A DNA stretch of 64,000 nt. Source: a virus. Each line of letters begins with the position of its first letter. The stretch's first letter is position 1. A program made the translations under genes and the position numbers. The notes beneath the pieces were generated by a model. The model was not told the DNA's origin, searched no databases, and saw only the letters and a list, made by a program, of their open reading frames with translations. Shown one piece after another: positions 26,481 through 37,765 of the stretch. Where the stretch lies: the IMG/VR virus record IMGVR_UViG_3300027804_000050, positions 1 to 64,000 of that record. One strand, written 5' to 3'.

Positions 26481-27559
26481 TATCAGTAGCTGAAGTAACC
26501 CGAACAGAGCAGATTTCTGATGGTATTAGATTTTTTGCTCATATTCAATCTCTAGGAAATGAGGAAAAAGAGATTATTTATGTATCTCCATTCTTTGGTG
26601 CGGGTCACAGCGGTTTTGTTGCTCTCCCTTCTGTGGGTCAGAAAATTGTAGTTGTTAGGCCAGAAGATGATGAATTTTTTTACTACATAGGATCTTTTAT
26701 AGAACCCCCTAAAAATTTAACTGATGAAGGTAGTGAGTTAAAAGCTGAAAAAGAAGATCCTATTGAAAATTTAGATGATCAGTTATACAAAGCAAGAGGT
26801 ATTCCACAAAGAACATTCTGGAAAGATTCGAAAGGTAATAAAATCATTCTTTCGGATGAGTATAATCCTACTTATTTTAATTTAAAAATACATTTACAAT
26901 CTTTTACAGGCAAACTATTAGGATTGATAGATAGCCCTTTAATTGCGTCTATCTTTTTGAAAAATGACCATGGTGATGGGATAACAATCACATCAGAACC
27001 TAATGTTGTAGACGCTGCCCGTCAAATAAAAAGCATAGCTCACACTACTCAAGAACACATAGCTAGGCACGGTCGTTACTTGGTCGTGGTTAATGATGGT
27101 AGAGAGTTGACCTTGTGTAATAGATCCACAGGCGCATTCAAGGAGCCTAATAGTAATAGGTATGGTAACATTAACCTAGAGTCTTATAATAAAGATATTA
27201 ACTTGTATGCTCGTTCCGGCCAAAGAGGGAAAATACACATTGAATGCACAGACTCAGGAGCTAATGAACAAGTAATACAAATAAAAACAACAGCAAATAA
27301 TTCAGTTGTTAGAATTTCTTCTACTGGAAAAATAGAGATAACTACTGAAGGTGACCTAGATATTAACGCTAATCAAAATATAAATATAAACTGTGGTGGG
27401 TCCTTTAGCGTCAATGCAGGAGCAGGTATGGAATTTAAAGCAGGAAGTGCTATCAATGTTGATGGCTCTCAAGTTTATTTAAATTCCAATAGGGCTGCTC
27501 CAACTGCTCCCCAAATAGGAAACACCGAGAGTGATTACGAAGGAGTGTATGCTTTCTAA
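26477..27559 (+). CDS. Central spike (gp5/VgrG-like OB fold plus beta-helix, no lysozyme)
   Basis: GFVALPSVGQKIVV...YYIG OB motif; GDLDINA/NININ repeats; C-terminal VYLNS. Confidence 0.8.
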   Translation: MISVAEVTRTEQISDGIRFFAHIQSLGNEEKEIIYVSPFFGAGHSGFVALPSVGQKIVVVRPEDDEFFYYIGSFIEPPKNLTDEGSELKAEKEDPIENLDDQLYKARGIPQRTFWKDSKGNKIILSDEYNPTYFNLKIHLQSFTGKLLGLIDSPLIASIFLKNDHGDGITITSEPNVVDAARQIKSIAHTTQEHIARHGRYLVVVNDGRELTLCNRSTGAFKEPNSNRYGNINLESYNKDINLYARSGQRGKIHIECTDSGANEQVIQIKTTANNSVVRISSTGKIEITTEGDLDINANQNININCGGSFSVNAGAGMEFKAGSAINVDGSQVYLNSNRAAPTAPQIGNTESDYEGVYAF

Positions 27560-30318
27560 TGGCTTCATTTGATCTAGAAACATTTTTACGGGTTCAAAAC
27601 CAAGGTGGCGGTGCTTTTGAGGCACTAGGAGCTAGCTTTGGAATTCCAAACTGCTTGTTGGATTTAGGAAAGCAAGCACTCGGTATCTTACCAACAAGTA
27701 TCCTTGCAGATGTGACAGGCCAAGTAAAGGATGCTCGTGATCATGCGGATTCTGTAACCAAGGAAATTATAAAAAAGATAATGTTGGATACAGGAATCAT
27801 TGAATTTGATACTGAAACTGGCCGACTTAAATTCAGATCAGACTCCACCAGAGATAAATTAGATAATGATACTTTACAAGTTCTAAAAAACTTATCTGGA
27901 GCATTACAAGCGTTTGCATATGCATCACAGTTTGGAGCACAATTATATGCAAATTATCAAAGCATAGCAAACCAATTCGCAGAAATTGGAGAATGTTTTG
28001 ATAAACTAGAACAATTACAAAAATTCCAATCTGGAAATTCTGCTAACCAAAAACAACTTCTAAGCCAATCCCAAGTCGTGGAGTTAGAGGAAAAGAAATA
28101 TGCATTGGATAAAGTTAGATTCCAAAATGCACAAGACTTTGTTAATAGATGCGATGCTTTTATTCAAACTGCAAATGAAATAGCATATGAAAGAAGTTTG
28201 GATCCCTCATTAGAACCTAAGTTTTCAGATTCCTCTGAGTTTGATCAATTCTTAGCTGAAACTACATTTGAAAGAGTTCCAATAGATGATATTCAAGTCC
28301 CCGGAAGAAGACCTCAGGAAGGGGGAGGAACAACAGCAGAAGAACAAGAAGAAATCTTTAGATTGACCTTTGGGCCACCAATAAGCACTAGAGGATATTT
28401 CTTACTAACTAAGGATGGTTTATATTACGATTCTCAAAAAGGTGGCTTAGACCCAGTCCTGCTTTCTATAAATCCTGATGTCATCCCAGCAGGAGATAGA
28501 TGGAAATATGAATACGATCCTAATATAGGAGGCAAGGGAACTGCAATAACCTTCCAACAATATCAAGATTACAAAAATACTTTATTTGATTTAGATAAAA
28601 TAGACGATAGCAGAACGCTGACAAATTTTTATGAGCAAGATCACTTCTTACAAAATTTGATACAGCAAAGAGATAAAAACATTTATGATTTGTCCGCTGC
28701 ATTAACTAGTGAAATAAACACAAACGGTGAATCTTCGATCACTAAAAACATGAGGTTGAGTTTAGCTGCGGAACTTTCTAGTCACAATAGAAAAATAAGA
28801 AAAAGAAAAAAACAAATAGAAGTTGCAGTAAAAGCACCTAATGTTTTTGAATCTAAAGTTGAATCCCCAACAATTTTCCAACCCGGTCAAGTTCCTATAA
28901 ACGATTTCTCTTATCTGAATGATTATGATTTTTCGATAGAAATCGAGAAACAAAAGGAGTTGATGTTTGTCCAAGGGGACTTAGAGGGTATTATACTTCC
29001 AATAGAAGTTAGATTTGCTGCCAGTCCAATTCGCAGAGCTAACATGCCAGACTTTAATTTGGCAGTTCCAGAAATAGGAGTAGGAAGTATTATTTATGAA
29101 GATATCGACCCATCTTCAAGCACAATGCTTTCCTTGACAGATGTAGTAGTAACAGATGAATTGTTTGCAATTTATAATCTGTTGCAACCTAAAGTAGTCC
29201 AACCCTCTTCTAATGATTACTTTATGACAAATACTGTCACTAATAATAAATATAATAATTTACAATTAGTGGCAAACTTTGCTAGTGCAGTTTATGTATC
29301 AGGATTATCTATTCCTTATTTGGAAGGAGTGACTAAGAATAAATCATCTAGCCCAACTTTAGCGTCTGGATTAGGATCGTACATGAGATTACCAGATACT
29401 AGAGAATTTAGAGAACTTATGTACAATCCGAAAGGATTTAGTATTGAGTGTTGGGTTCATGTCCCTAATCTAACAAACGCTGCAACAGGCTGGTTGAGTG
29501 GAACGGCTTCTTCTCTTACTAAGGTTATTCTTGGAAATGAGAATGTAGGATTGAAAGAAGGCTCTAGTCCACCTGTAGATGAAAATGGATCATTGCGAGA
29601 TTTAGATTTCTTACCTATAAACGATGGTGATGCCTATACAAAGGGGTTCATTATGGGCTTTACAAGAGACAGGAGAATAACTAAGGAAGGTTTAGGATAT
29701 AGCAATGATAATGCTCAAAATAACCCTACATCTTCTTTAAGTTTCTTCATTGCTCCTACTCAGTCACGGGATGCAAGTTCTTGTTCTTGGATCAATAAAG
29801 CCAACTGCAATCAAACTGAAAGTTTCTACAAGATGACAGTAGACTGTTCTACTATTGTTAATGGCAAGAGTTACGGCCAAGCATCTTCAACATTTATTTT
29901 AATAAATGTTGCAGCAGATCCTACAACAGATACAGTTAAAATGTATTGTGATGGGCAATTAATGGCAACTTCCTCTTTAAGTGAAGTATTTGGAGTAGAA
30001 AAGTTTAGAACCCCAGATCTACCATCATTTAAAAAGAAAAATAGTTTTGAATACCAGACTTCAAGTGTCGATGGCCCTAGAAGTTTAAAGGCTGGCCCAA
30101 AACTTAATACCTTCTATACCCCTTGGATGGTTGGAGGTGGGTACACAGATGGAATGTACCTGTATGGTAACTTTATGGGTGGCAACAGAGGTGGTATAAC
30201 CAGTGGCTTGCGTGGGTTCGTAGGAAGTTTAAAATTTTACGCAAAACCCCTAGATAGTAGTGAAGCTTTGAAGAATTATAATGGTCAGAGCGTATACTTT
30301 AAAAATATTTTAACATAA
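27559..30318 (+). CDS. Baseplate-associated protein with C-terminal LamG/concanavalin-like domain
   Basis: FSIECWVH, KMYCDG, GFVGSLKFYAKPL....NY. Confidence 0.7.
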   Translation: MASFDLETFLRVQNQGGGAFEALGASFGIPNCLLDLGKQALGILPTSILADVTGQVKDARDHADSVTKEIIKKIMLDTGIIEFDTETGRLKFRSDSTRDKLDNDTLQVLKNLSGALQAFAYASQFGAQLYANYQSIANQFAEIGECFDKLEQLQKFQSGNSANQKQLLSQSQVVELEEKKYALDKVRFQNAQDFVNRCDAFIQTANEIAYERSLDPSLEPKFSDSSEFDQFLAETTFERVPIDDIQVPGRRPQEGGGTTAEEQEEIFRLTFGPPISTRGYFLLTKDGLYYDSQKGGLDPVLLSINPDVIPAGDRWKYEYDPNIGGKGTAITFQQYQDYKNTLFDLDKIDDSRTLTNFYEQDHFLQNLIQQRDKNIYDLSAALTSEINTNGESSITKNMRLSLAAELSSHNRKIRKRKKQIEVAVKAPNVFESKVESPTIFQPGQVPINDFSYLNDYDFSIEIEKQKELMFVQGDLEGIILPIEVRFAASPIRRANMPDFNLAVPEIGVGSIIYEDIDPSSSTMLSLTDVVVTDELFAIYNLLQPKVVQPSSNDYFMTNTVTNNKYNNLQLVANFASAVYVSGLSIPYLEGVTKNKSSSPTLASGLGSYMRLPDTREFRELMYNPKGFSIECWVHVPNLTNAATGWLSGTASSLTKVILGNENVGLKEGSSPPVDENGSLRDLDFLPINDGDAYTKGFIMGFTRDRRITKEGLGYSNDNAQNNPTSSLSFFIAPTQSRDASSCSWINKANCNQTESFYKMTVDCSTIVNGKSYGQASSTFILINVAADPTTDTVKMYCDGQLMATSSLSEVFGVEKFRTPDLPSFKKKNSFEYQTSSVDGPRSLKAGPKLNTFYTPWMVGGGYTDGMYLYGNFMGGNRGGITSGLRGFVGSLKFYAKPLDSSEALKNYNGQSVYFKNILT

Positions 30319-30319
30319 C

Positions 30320-30784
30320 ATGGCTTATAATCAAACAGTTAGAGTATTTGGTCCAACTACCCAAAAACCTTTACGGGATACGATTCGGGTAAGAGAAAAG
30401 TTTTTTGGTTTAAATTACCCCATAGGAAAATTTAAAGCTAATGGTGGGTTTTTCCAAAAAACATCAGGATTTGAAACTTTAAAGGCATCAATAACCCAAT
30501 TGCTTTTAACTGAAAGAGGTGAGAGGGTTATGTTACCTAATTTTGGCTGTTCATTAAAAAGATATTTATTTCGCCCGTTAGATTCTATTTTATTTACAGA
30601 AATAAAAAATGAAATAGTAGATTCAATTACAAGCTATACTAGAGATGTTAAAATTTTAAAAATAGCAGTCTTTGAATTGGATAAAATAAATTTAGACGGG
30701 AGCCATGGATTAAGAATAATTTTAACTCTAGCTTTGAGTAAAGAAGCCCAAAATCAATTTGAGATAGAAGTGGTCGTACAATGA
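30320..30784 (+). CDS. gp25: Baseplate wedge / sheath initiator gp25-like
   Basis: LLLTERGERVMLPNFGCSL..YLF. Confidence 0.9.
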   Translation: MAYNQTVRVFGPTTQKPLRDTIRVREKFFGLNYPIGKFKANGGFFQKTSGFETLKASITQLLLTERGERVMLPNFGCSLKRYLFRPLDSILFTEIKNEIVDSITSYTRDVKILKIAVFELDKINLDGSHGLRIILTLALSKEAQNQFEIEVVVQ

Positions 30785-32355
30785 CATTTACAAATAATGC
30801 ACAATCAGATTTTATGAAACTAGTGGTCTTTCCAGAAGACAAAAAAGCTAGTTTAATAAATTATGCATCTAGTGATTTCCTTTCTCTTAGAGATTCTTTG
30901 GTAGACTATATCAAAGCAGTTTATCCTTTGGAGTATGATTATTTTGTAGAATCAGATTTAGGGATGATGTTAATTGAGTTGGTGGCATATATGGGGGCAG
31001 TAATGTCTCTTAAGGCAGACTTTCTAGCTAACGAAAATTATTTAGTGACTGCTAGAGATAGAAATTCAATTAGAAAATTATTTGAACTTATCGGGGTTAG
31101 ATTAAAAGGGCCTTTATCCTCTGCCGCCCAAGCGTCGATAACTTTTAATGGGACAGCAGGAAGTGTTGTTATCCCTATTCAAAACAGAACTATCACAGTT
31201 AAATCTCCTGAAGATGGAGCTAACTTAGCGTTCACTTTGTATAAGACTGTTAATGGGGTTGTAGATACTGCAAATAATACGGGTCAAATAGCTTTATCAC
31301 AAGCTGAAAGTGTTGGTACTACTGGATTAACTTGGAATAATATAATATTGCAAGAGGGTGCTTTAGTTTCTGATGAAGGTGAATTTGCAGCAACAGAATC
31401 AATAAAAAGTATTCCATTGACTGAAGGTCCTGTAGTAGAAGGGTCCATAGATGTTTACATTAATACTGGAGATTCTACTACATCTGGAGCTTATACAGAA
31501 GTAGAGAATATTTTCTTTGCTTCTAGTACTACACAAAAAATATTCCAAGTCATATATGATGATGATTATAAAGCCACTGTACTATTTGGTAACGGTATTA
31601 GGGGAGTAATTCCACCAGATGATTCTTCTTACATAGTTACTTATAGAGTTGGAGGAGGTAGTAGAGGTAATATTGTTTCAAATTATATAAATTCAAATAT
31701 TACTGAACAAGGCACTAGAGTCGGGGTTGTAACAAACACAACGGGAGCAACAGGAGGCGCAGATGCCGAAACCGCTTTCCATGCTAAAAAGTATGGTCCT
31801 TTAACTTTTGCTAGACAAGATAGAGTTGTTACTTTAGAAGATTATACTGTCTTTGCAAATACTTTTATTAGTGATTATGGGACAGTAGGAAAAGCCACCA
31901 CAGTGGCAAGAAAAGCGTATTGTTCTGGTAACATTATTGATATCTATGTTTTAGAAAAAGCTAATAATTTACAAGTTCAAAAAGCTAGTCCAACATTCAA
32001 GCAACAATTGATAACTGCTCTACAGCCAAAGAAAATGGTGACAGACGAGATCGTTGTTGTAGATGGATTAGTTAGAACTTTAGATTTAATAGTTACGGTT
32101 AAAGTTGATAGAAAATTACAACCAAAAGATCAATTGATAAAGAGTAAAGTTAGAAATGCCATCCTAGATTTCATGGCAGTAGATAACAGAGAATTTGGAG
32201 AGACTCTTGTAGTCGCAGATTTAAATAGAGTAATTTTTGAAATAGAAGAAGTTAGGATTTCATCTATCGACAATGTCCCAGAAAATATCAAGGTTGAATT
32301 CAATGAATTGATTCAACTTAATAACTTATTGATAAAAATTGATTATCTAGACTGA
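30781..32355 (+). CDS. gp6: Baseplate wedge gp6 / Baseplate J-like
   Basis: DFLSLRDSL, SDLGMMLIEL.AY, FGNG..G..P, GGADAE, RVVTLEDY. Confidence 0.9.
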   Translation: MTFTNNAQSDFMKLVVFPEDKKASLINYASSDFLSLRDSLVDYIKAVYPLEYDYFVESDLGMMLIELVAYMGAVMSLKADFLANENYLVTARDRNSIRKLFELIGVRLKGPLSSAAQASITFNGTAGSVVIPIQNRTITVKSPEDGANLAFTLYKTVNGVVDTANNTGQIALSQAESVGTTGLTWNNIILQEGALVSDEGEFAATESIKSIPLTEGPVVEGSIDVYINTGDSTTSGAYTEVENIFFASSTTQKIFQVIYDDDYKATVLFGNGIRGVIPPDDSSYIVTYRVGGGSRGNIVSNYINSNITEQGTRVGVVTNTTGATGGADAETAFHAKKYGPLTFARQDRVVTLEDYTVFANTFISDYGTVGKATTVARKAYCSGNIIDIYVLEKANNLQVQKASPTFKQQLITALQPKKMVTDEIVVVDGLVRTLDLIVTVKVDRKLQPKDQLIKSKVRNAILDFMAVDNREFGETLVVADLNRVIFEIEEVRISSIDNVPENIKVEFNELIQLNNLLIKIDYLD

Positions 32356-35300
32356 TGAATACTTTCAATCCTTCTCCTAACCAATACTTTAAGAGAAACT
32401 TCGTAGAGGTTTTGGAGATTCTTTCTCCCAAAATTTACGAAGCCAAAGACATTGAATTGAGTGGAGTAGGAATTCAAGAAGACGATCAGATAATAAATAC
32501 TCAAATAGCTGCTGCGGCAAGAATCGGGTCAATACTTCCTGTTTCAGGAAGAAATGATATATCTTCAATAAGCCAATTTTTTATAAAACAAAACGCTCTT
32601 ACTTTTATAAATCCTCAAACTTTCGAAGATGATATTCTATATCCATTAGGGTACACTCTAGAACAATTTGAAACTGAAGAATCTTTTGTTCAATTCTTAT
32701 CAGCAACCTTACAACCAAAGATAAAAACAAATGATCCAAGTCTAGCAACTAATACAAGTGGAGTCTTTGGAGCCACAGCATCTGCTGTCCATGACTATCT
32801 CATAGATAGTTTAGGATGGATGTATATCTTAAACAATACTAGTGGAGTTTGGAATTATCAACCATCTGCATATGTGACTAGCCAACTCTCAGGATTGTAT
32901 TTATCTAGAGATATTAAAGATTTAGATGGAATAATTGGATTCAATAGACATTTATGGTATAATTATTCTAGTTATATTCCAACTTCTTATTTATCCTCTA
33001 CCTCAACATATACAAGTGGAACACAGCAGTTAGATAAATTAGAAACAATGCTTGAGGCAATATTTTCTCAAGCATTCATGGACAAGCAAGACTTTAGGGT
33101 AAAAGATGCATTTAATGATTATATTGATGGACTAGGATTAATTACAGATTTAAAACCAAAAGGTCCACATAGAAAATTATTAAAAGCAATGGCTTACTCC
33201 ATGGCAGATGTTAATGACCATGTTGAAAAATTAGCATCTTTATATGACATAGAAAGTTGTCCTGAGGAGTATTTAGAGCAGTTAGCTGGGTTAATTGGTT
33301 GGAAGTTATTGGGACCAGACTCATCAAAATGGAGACAACAACTAAGATCTGCAACAGAAGCGTACAAGAAAAAAGGAACCTCTGTTGGAATACAATTCGT
33401 CCTAAATTCGATCATTAGTGATGTTCTAATTGATGCATCAGGAGCACTAACTGAGTTATGGGAATCCTATGTTCCTTTCATGCTTTGGTATATGTTGGCT
33501 ACAGATTCCATATATGTAAAAAATGCTCAAACATGGACTAAACAAAGAGCAGAATCACTAGGAATTTACAACTACAATAGCAGTAGTTTTATTGATAATA
33601 TACAATCAATAGTGGATTCTATATTATTAGAAGCTTATATAAAATTCCCTGAAAACTTTATTTATCAAGGTAAACCTTGGCCCGTATACAAGATGTTGGA
33701 GCTTGGTAATGATACGGGAGAGCCTATTGGAACTTATACTGTAATAAATGATCCAATAGCAAAAGCTTATTTACGAGTTGATAAAAATCGTAGAACCTAC
33801 AGAAGTTTAAAGGTACAGCAAAATAATCAAGACTTAGCTTATACCAATTCATTCGGAACAGAACCAGATGGAGAAGGGGTTTACATAGCTGGAACATCTA
33901 TTCCTACAATTGAAAAACCCGTTTACTTATCTGCAACTGGAGATAAAAACTTTGTATTTAATTTTAGAAATTACAATAATTTTCCAATACCCCCATTTGA
34001 AGAAATAAAATATTACAAGGAATGTAAGGTAAACGAAGAACTGGTAGATTTTTTAGTTGAGAAAACTAGATGCTTAGGAATTTCTGATTCTCTAACGGAT
34101 GCCTTTGGAACTTATTTAAGAAACAATACTTATAAACTAGGGAATGTATACGGATCGATAAATGATTTCTTGATGTTCTTCTCTTCGATGCAAAATCCGA
34201 CTAATTATTTTGAAGTCTTGGATATGCAGCAGGGGATGGATTTTGATGTTTTGAGTTTATGGAATAGTAAGTCTTCCCATGTTTTGATTAATTACAGTGC
34301 TACAAACTTTAATTTTACAAAACGAGATATTACAGGTGATAGTAAATATGCGTTAACTCAGACAAAAGATGTATTGAATAAATTCCTTCCCGCGCATGCA
34401 ATACCTATTTTATTAGTTGATGCTTCCTCTCCTGTAGAAGATTACATAACTACAAATACAAATTTTGATTCCATAGAAATCAAAGATCAGCAAACCATGT
34501 TCTCATTGGTTAGTGGGGCTATGGCAGGGTATGAGTCCTCTGGAGTAAGTATGAGGACTATTTTTACTGGGACACTTGGGGGCACATTGACTCCTGAGGG
34601 AATGACTACTTTTACAAGAGAGCAAGCAAATCAACTTGATGATATTCTTGTTAGCTCTACAACATATACAAATACAACTCCTAGAAAATCTTTAAGAAGA
34701 AGAAATTATAAGTTTGTCTTACCACAAGAAAAATATTATGATAGAACAGGATTCAATCAACCAATTTCGTTTGACGGATCTTCAGCCTTCTCAAGAGAAC
34801 AGACAAAAGGATTCCTAGTTTTAGGTTATGTACCATCATCTAATTCTTTCTATCCAGTAGTAGATTACACTAATCCTTCTGGAGTTTGGGACAAGTGTGA
34901 AAATCTAACATCTGATAATACATTCTTTGGAGTGGACACTAGTAATACTTTCCCATGCAGAGGAGCTTTTGAATTAGATTCAGATTCTAAGATGCCGGAA
35001 ATAGGTAGTAGACATGATAGATATATTGATAGATGCCAAATCCCTCATATCTATAGGACCATGCATGGTATAAAGGAAAAAGAAGCTTTAGCTAGAGCAG
35101 ACATCCAAGTCTCTACGAATGTTTCATATAATGAAGATTCACATTGGAAAAATCAATCTTTGAGTTTAGCTAACACATACATCAATAGTGGTGTCATGGG
35201 AATAAACTCTTATTATGACTACGAAAACTTTAAGTTTGGTAGGGGGATCCATTTACTTTATAGAGATTATAAAAAATATTTCAATCATGGATTAGGATTC

Positions 35301-36689
35301 TCTAGCATTGATGAGACTGGAGCAAATATTTTCTCACATGTTTTCGGTCCTACACTTTACAATGCTAATTTCTCTGTTGAAGGCTCTGCTGTAGTCTCTC
35401 AAGAAGGGGATTATATCGCTTCATCGTTGGATGCTATAGTTCCAATCGGATATGGAGAAGGGTCGGGAGTATTTACCACTTGTGCTGTTAATAATGGTTA
35501 TGCCTCAGGAACTTATATTGCTAGTACTATAAATTCAATGATTGTGCCTCTAGAAGGTACATTTAGCTCGACAGGATTTGGAAATGCTGAATTTAGAAAC
35601 CCCCACATTCTAAGTGGAATTGAATTTGTGCAAACTTCTGGAGCATCTAGATTTAATAGATTTGAATTGATAAAACTAGATCAATCATTATTTAATCAGA
35701 ATGATGATCAATTCTTAGCAAATAAACTTTTTATTAAATCGTATTCAATAAATGGATTGCCAAGATTAAGATTTGATTTATCAGGATACGGCCCAAGAGC
35801 CAATACTTTAATTAAGGATCATTATTTTAACTTAAATGTTAAAGCTCAGATAGGTAACGATTCTGTAACAAACTATGGTGGAGGTGCCATGGGAGTCTGG
35901 ATACATACGGATTTGATTACTGCTGAAAATGGGCAAAAATTAATGTGGTGCTGGACTCCAAGGAATCAATGGGAATTGATAGTTTATGATAATTTAACTC
36001 AAAGAACTTTATTAAATGATTTAGCTCATATAAAGAACTTTAGGCAATTCTCCGTTGTTAACGATCCTGAGTTTAGGACAGATATTAGACAAAGATGTTT
36101 AGGTAATGAAGTTCAAGAATATGAGACTGTCACTGAGTTACCTGCTAAAAATACTTTTGATTATTTTAAGGAAAATTATCTAGAAAATTTTGACATACCT
36201 TTTGATACAAGAAATTATACACTCTATAATAACTATGAGTACTTAGAAATCATACCAGTTCCAGAACATTACTATAAAATTAGAAATTTAGTTCATGGAC
36301 AAGATATTAACTATTATGTAGAAATCTTTAAAATGAATCAATCTGATTCAAATAAATATCTTTTAATTAGCGATATATCTCTACAAGATCTTACATTAAA
36401 ACAAAATTCAGGGTTCCAGTTAAATTACGGAGTGGAGACAAGTTCTATCCCATTGGTTCCCTTTGTTGATGAAGCTAGATTCTATACTAATAAAGAAGAA
36501 CTGAGATCAATATTAAAATTCTTTAATGAGTTGGTTGAGGACCCTTACACTAGTAGGGTTGCAGCAAATTCGTCAGGAACACTAGATACAAGTGGTGGCA
36601 GCAGAATTAACTATAAGATACATCCTGATTTAGTTGCTTTAGCAGGTGGAGGAGCATCACAAATAACAAGTTTGGATACTAGAAATTAA
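32355..36689 (+). CDS. Large baseplate wedge protein (gp7 / P2 gpI-like domain)
   Basis: DIESCPEEYLEQLAGLIGW...YKKKGT; FLPAH; follows gp6. Confidence 0.75.
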   Translation: MNTFNPSPNQYFKRNFVEVLEILSPKIYEAKDIELSGVGIQEDDQIINTQIAAAARIGSILPVSGRNDISSISQFFIKQNALTFINPQTFEDDILYPLGYTLEQFETEESFVQFLSATLQPKIKTNDPSLATNTSGVFGATASAVHDYLIDSLGWMYILNNTSGVWNYQPSAYVTSQLSGLYLSRDIKDLDGIIGFNRHLWYNYSSYIPTSYLSSTSTYTSGTQQLDKLETMLEAIFSQAFMDKQDFRVKDAFNDYIDGLGLITDLKPKGPHRKLLKAMAYSMADVNDHVEKLASLYDIESCPEEYLEQLAGLIGWKLLGPDSSKWRQQLRSATEAYKKKGTSVGIQFVLNSIISDVLIDASGALTELWESYVPFMLWYMLATDSIYVKNAQTWTKQRAESLGIYNYNSSSFIDNIQSIVDSILLEAYIKFPENFIYQGKPWPVYKMLELGNDTGEPIGTYTVINDPIAKAYLRVDKNRRTYRSLKVQQNNQDLAYTNSFGTEPDGEGVYIAGTSIPTIEKPVYLSATGDKNFVFNFRNYNNFPIPPFEEIKYYKECKVNEELVDFLVEKTRCLGISDSLTDAFGTYLRNNTYKLGNVYGSINDFLMFFSSMQNPTNYFEVLDMQQGMDFDVLSLWNSKSSHVLINYSATNFNFTKRDITGDSKYALTQTKDVLNKFLPAHAIPILLVDASSPVEDYITTNTNFDSIEIKDQQTMFSLVSGAMAGYESSGVSMRTIFTGTLGGTLTPEGMTTFTREQANQLDDILVSSTTYTNTTPRKSLRRRNYKFVLPQEKYYDRTGFNQPISFDGSSAFSREQTKGFLVLGYVPSSNSFYPVVDYTNPSGVWDKCENLTSDNTFFGVDTSNTFPCRGAFELDSDSKMPEIGSRHDRYIDRCQIPHIYRTMHGIKEKEALARADIQVSTNVSYNEDSHWKNQSLSLANTYINSGVMGINSYYDYENFKFGRGIHLLYRDYKKYFNHGLGFSSIDETGANIFSHVFGPTLYNANFSVEGSAVVSQEGDYIASSLDAIVPIGYGEGSGVFTTCAVNNGYASGTYIASTINSMIVPLEGTFSSTGFGNAEFRNPHILSGIEFVQTSGASRFNRFELIKLDQSLFNQNDDQFLANKLFIKSYSINGLPRLRFDLSGYGPRANTLIKDHYFNLNVKAQIGNDSVTNYGGGAMGVWIHTDLITAENGQKLMWCWTPRNQWELIVYDNLTQRTLLNDLAHIKNFRQFSVVNDPEFRTDIRQRCLGNEVQEYETVTELPAKNTFDYFKENYLENFDIPFDTRNYTLYNNYEYLEIIPVPEHYYKIRNLVHGQDINYYVEIFKMNQSDSNKYLLISDISLQDLTLKQNSGFQLNYGVETSSIPLVPFVDEARFYTNKEELRSILKFFNELVEDPYTSRVAANSSGTLDTSGGSRINYKIHPDLVALAGGGASQITSLDTRN

Positions 36690-37765
36690 TGCGTGGAGTA
36701 GTAGAAATATATTCGATTGAGGATAACACCCCTAAATTACTTTATTCAGAAAGTAATTTAATTGTAGACGGGGCGGGTAAAACTATTGTAGATGCACTAA
36801 CAACTTTTGACGGAGTTTCGGGAATATCTAGTGGATCGGCTATTCTAAACGCTTCAAATTACACCATCCAAGCAATTACTTTCGGTGCCCCATCAGGTGC
36901 TTATTTAAGAAATATACATAACACTACCTACCCATTATTAATAAGTGGGCTATCAAACACAAAATTAACTGTTCTACGAGATGGAGTAACTTCAACCTCC
37001 TTTACTCCACAAATAGATGTTCTCCCTAGTTATCCTAATCCTCTGGATAAAAAGTTAGAATTATCAGCATCTCCTTCAGGATCTTGGTCTGGAATTACAA
37101 TAAAACTTCCATATACTACTAGTGCAGGGGTAACAATTGAAGATCAAGGTCATCATTTAAATATTGCTAGTTTACCTTCCTTGTACAATCAATTTGGAGC
37201 ATCATCACCTCTGGCTGTTTTATTTGGTAATTATGCTTTTTCAGCAGCAGCAAATACCGTTTCAGCTATATTAATTTCTTCTATAAATCAGCTAGATTCA
37301 AATACTGGACAACCTAGTTCTTTTGTAGTTACAGGTAATTTAGCAGCAGGTATAAATTATAATGGTAGATCATTGATAGATTATCATGGATTTATACACA
37401 TGATTAGTCCGTCTGCAAATGTTAATATTAATTTTACTACTACAAATAGTAGTGGACTACAATTAAGTGCTCAAACAACATTTAGCTCTACAGGAGAATT
37501 AGTTTATGGAACCCGAATTTCCCCAACTGATATTGTTGCTTTAAACATAAATGGTGGTATATATCACATGGGATTATGGACAATTGATTTAAATAAGTCT
37601 ATTCAAGCTGGTAATTTCCCTCCATATTCTTTTAGTCAACTAAATAATCCTAGGAAGTATAGATTATTTTGCAAAAAAACTTTTACTAAAAATATAATTG
37701 AGTTTGGAACATTCAGCACTGCACCCTCTGAATTGCAGATAGTTTGGAGAATTAAGTTCTTATGA
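36689..37765 (+). CDS. Baseplate / fibre attachment protein
   Basis: NLIVDG N-terminus, MGLW, LQIVWRIKF C-terminus; paralogous to the next gene. Confidence 0.6.
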   Translation: MRGVVEIYSIEDNTPKLLYSESNLIVDGAGKTIVDALTTFDGVSGISSGSAILNASNYTIQAITFGAPSGAYLRNIHNTTYPLLISGLSNTKLTVLRDGVTSTSFTPQIDVLPSYPNPLDKKLELSASPSGSWSGITIKLPYTTSAGVTIEDQGHHLNIASLPSLYNQFGASSPLAVLFGNYAFSAAANTVSAILISSINQLDSNTGQPSSFVVTGNLAAGINYNGRSLIDYHGFIHMISPSANVNINFTTTNSSGLQLSAQTTFSSTGELVYGTRISPTDIVALNINGGIYHMGLWTIDLNKSIQAGNFPPYSFSQLNNPRKYRLFCKKTFTKNIIEFGTFSTAPSELQIVWRIKFL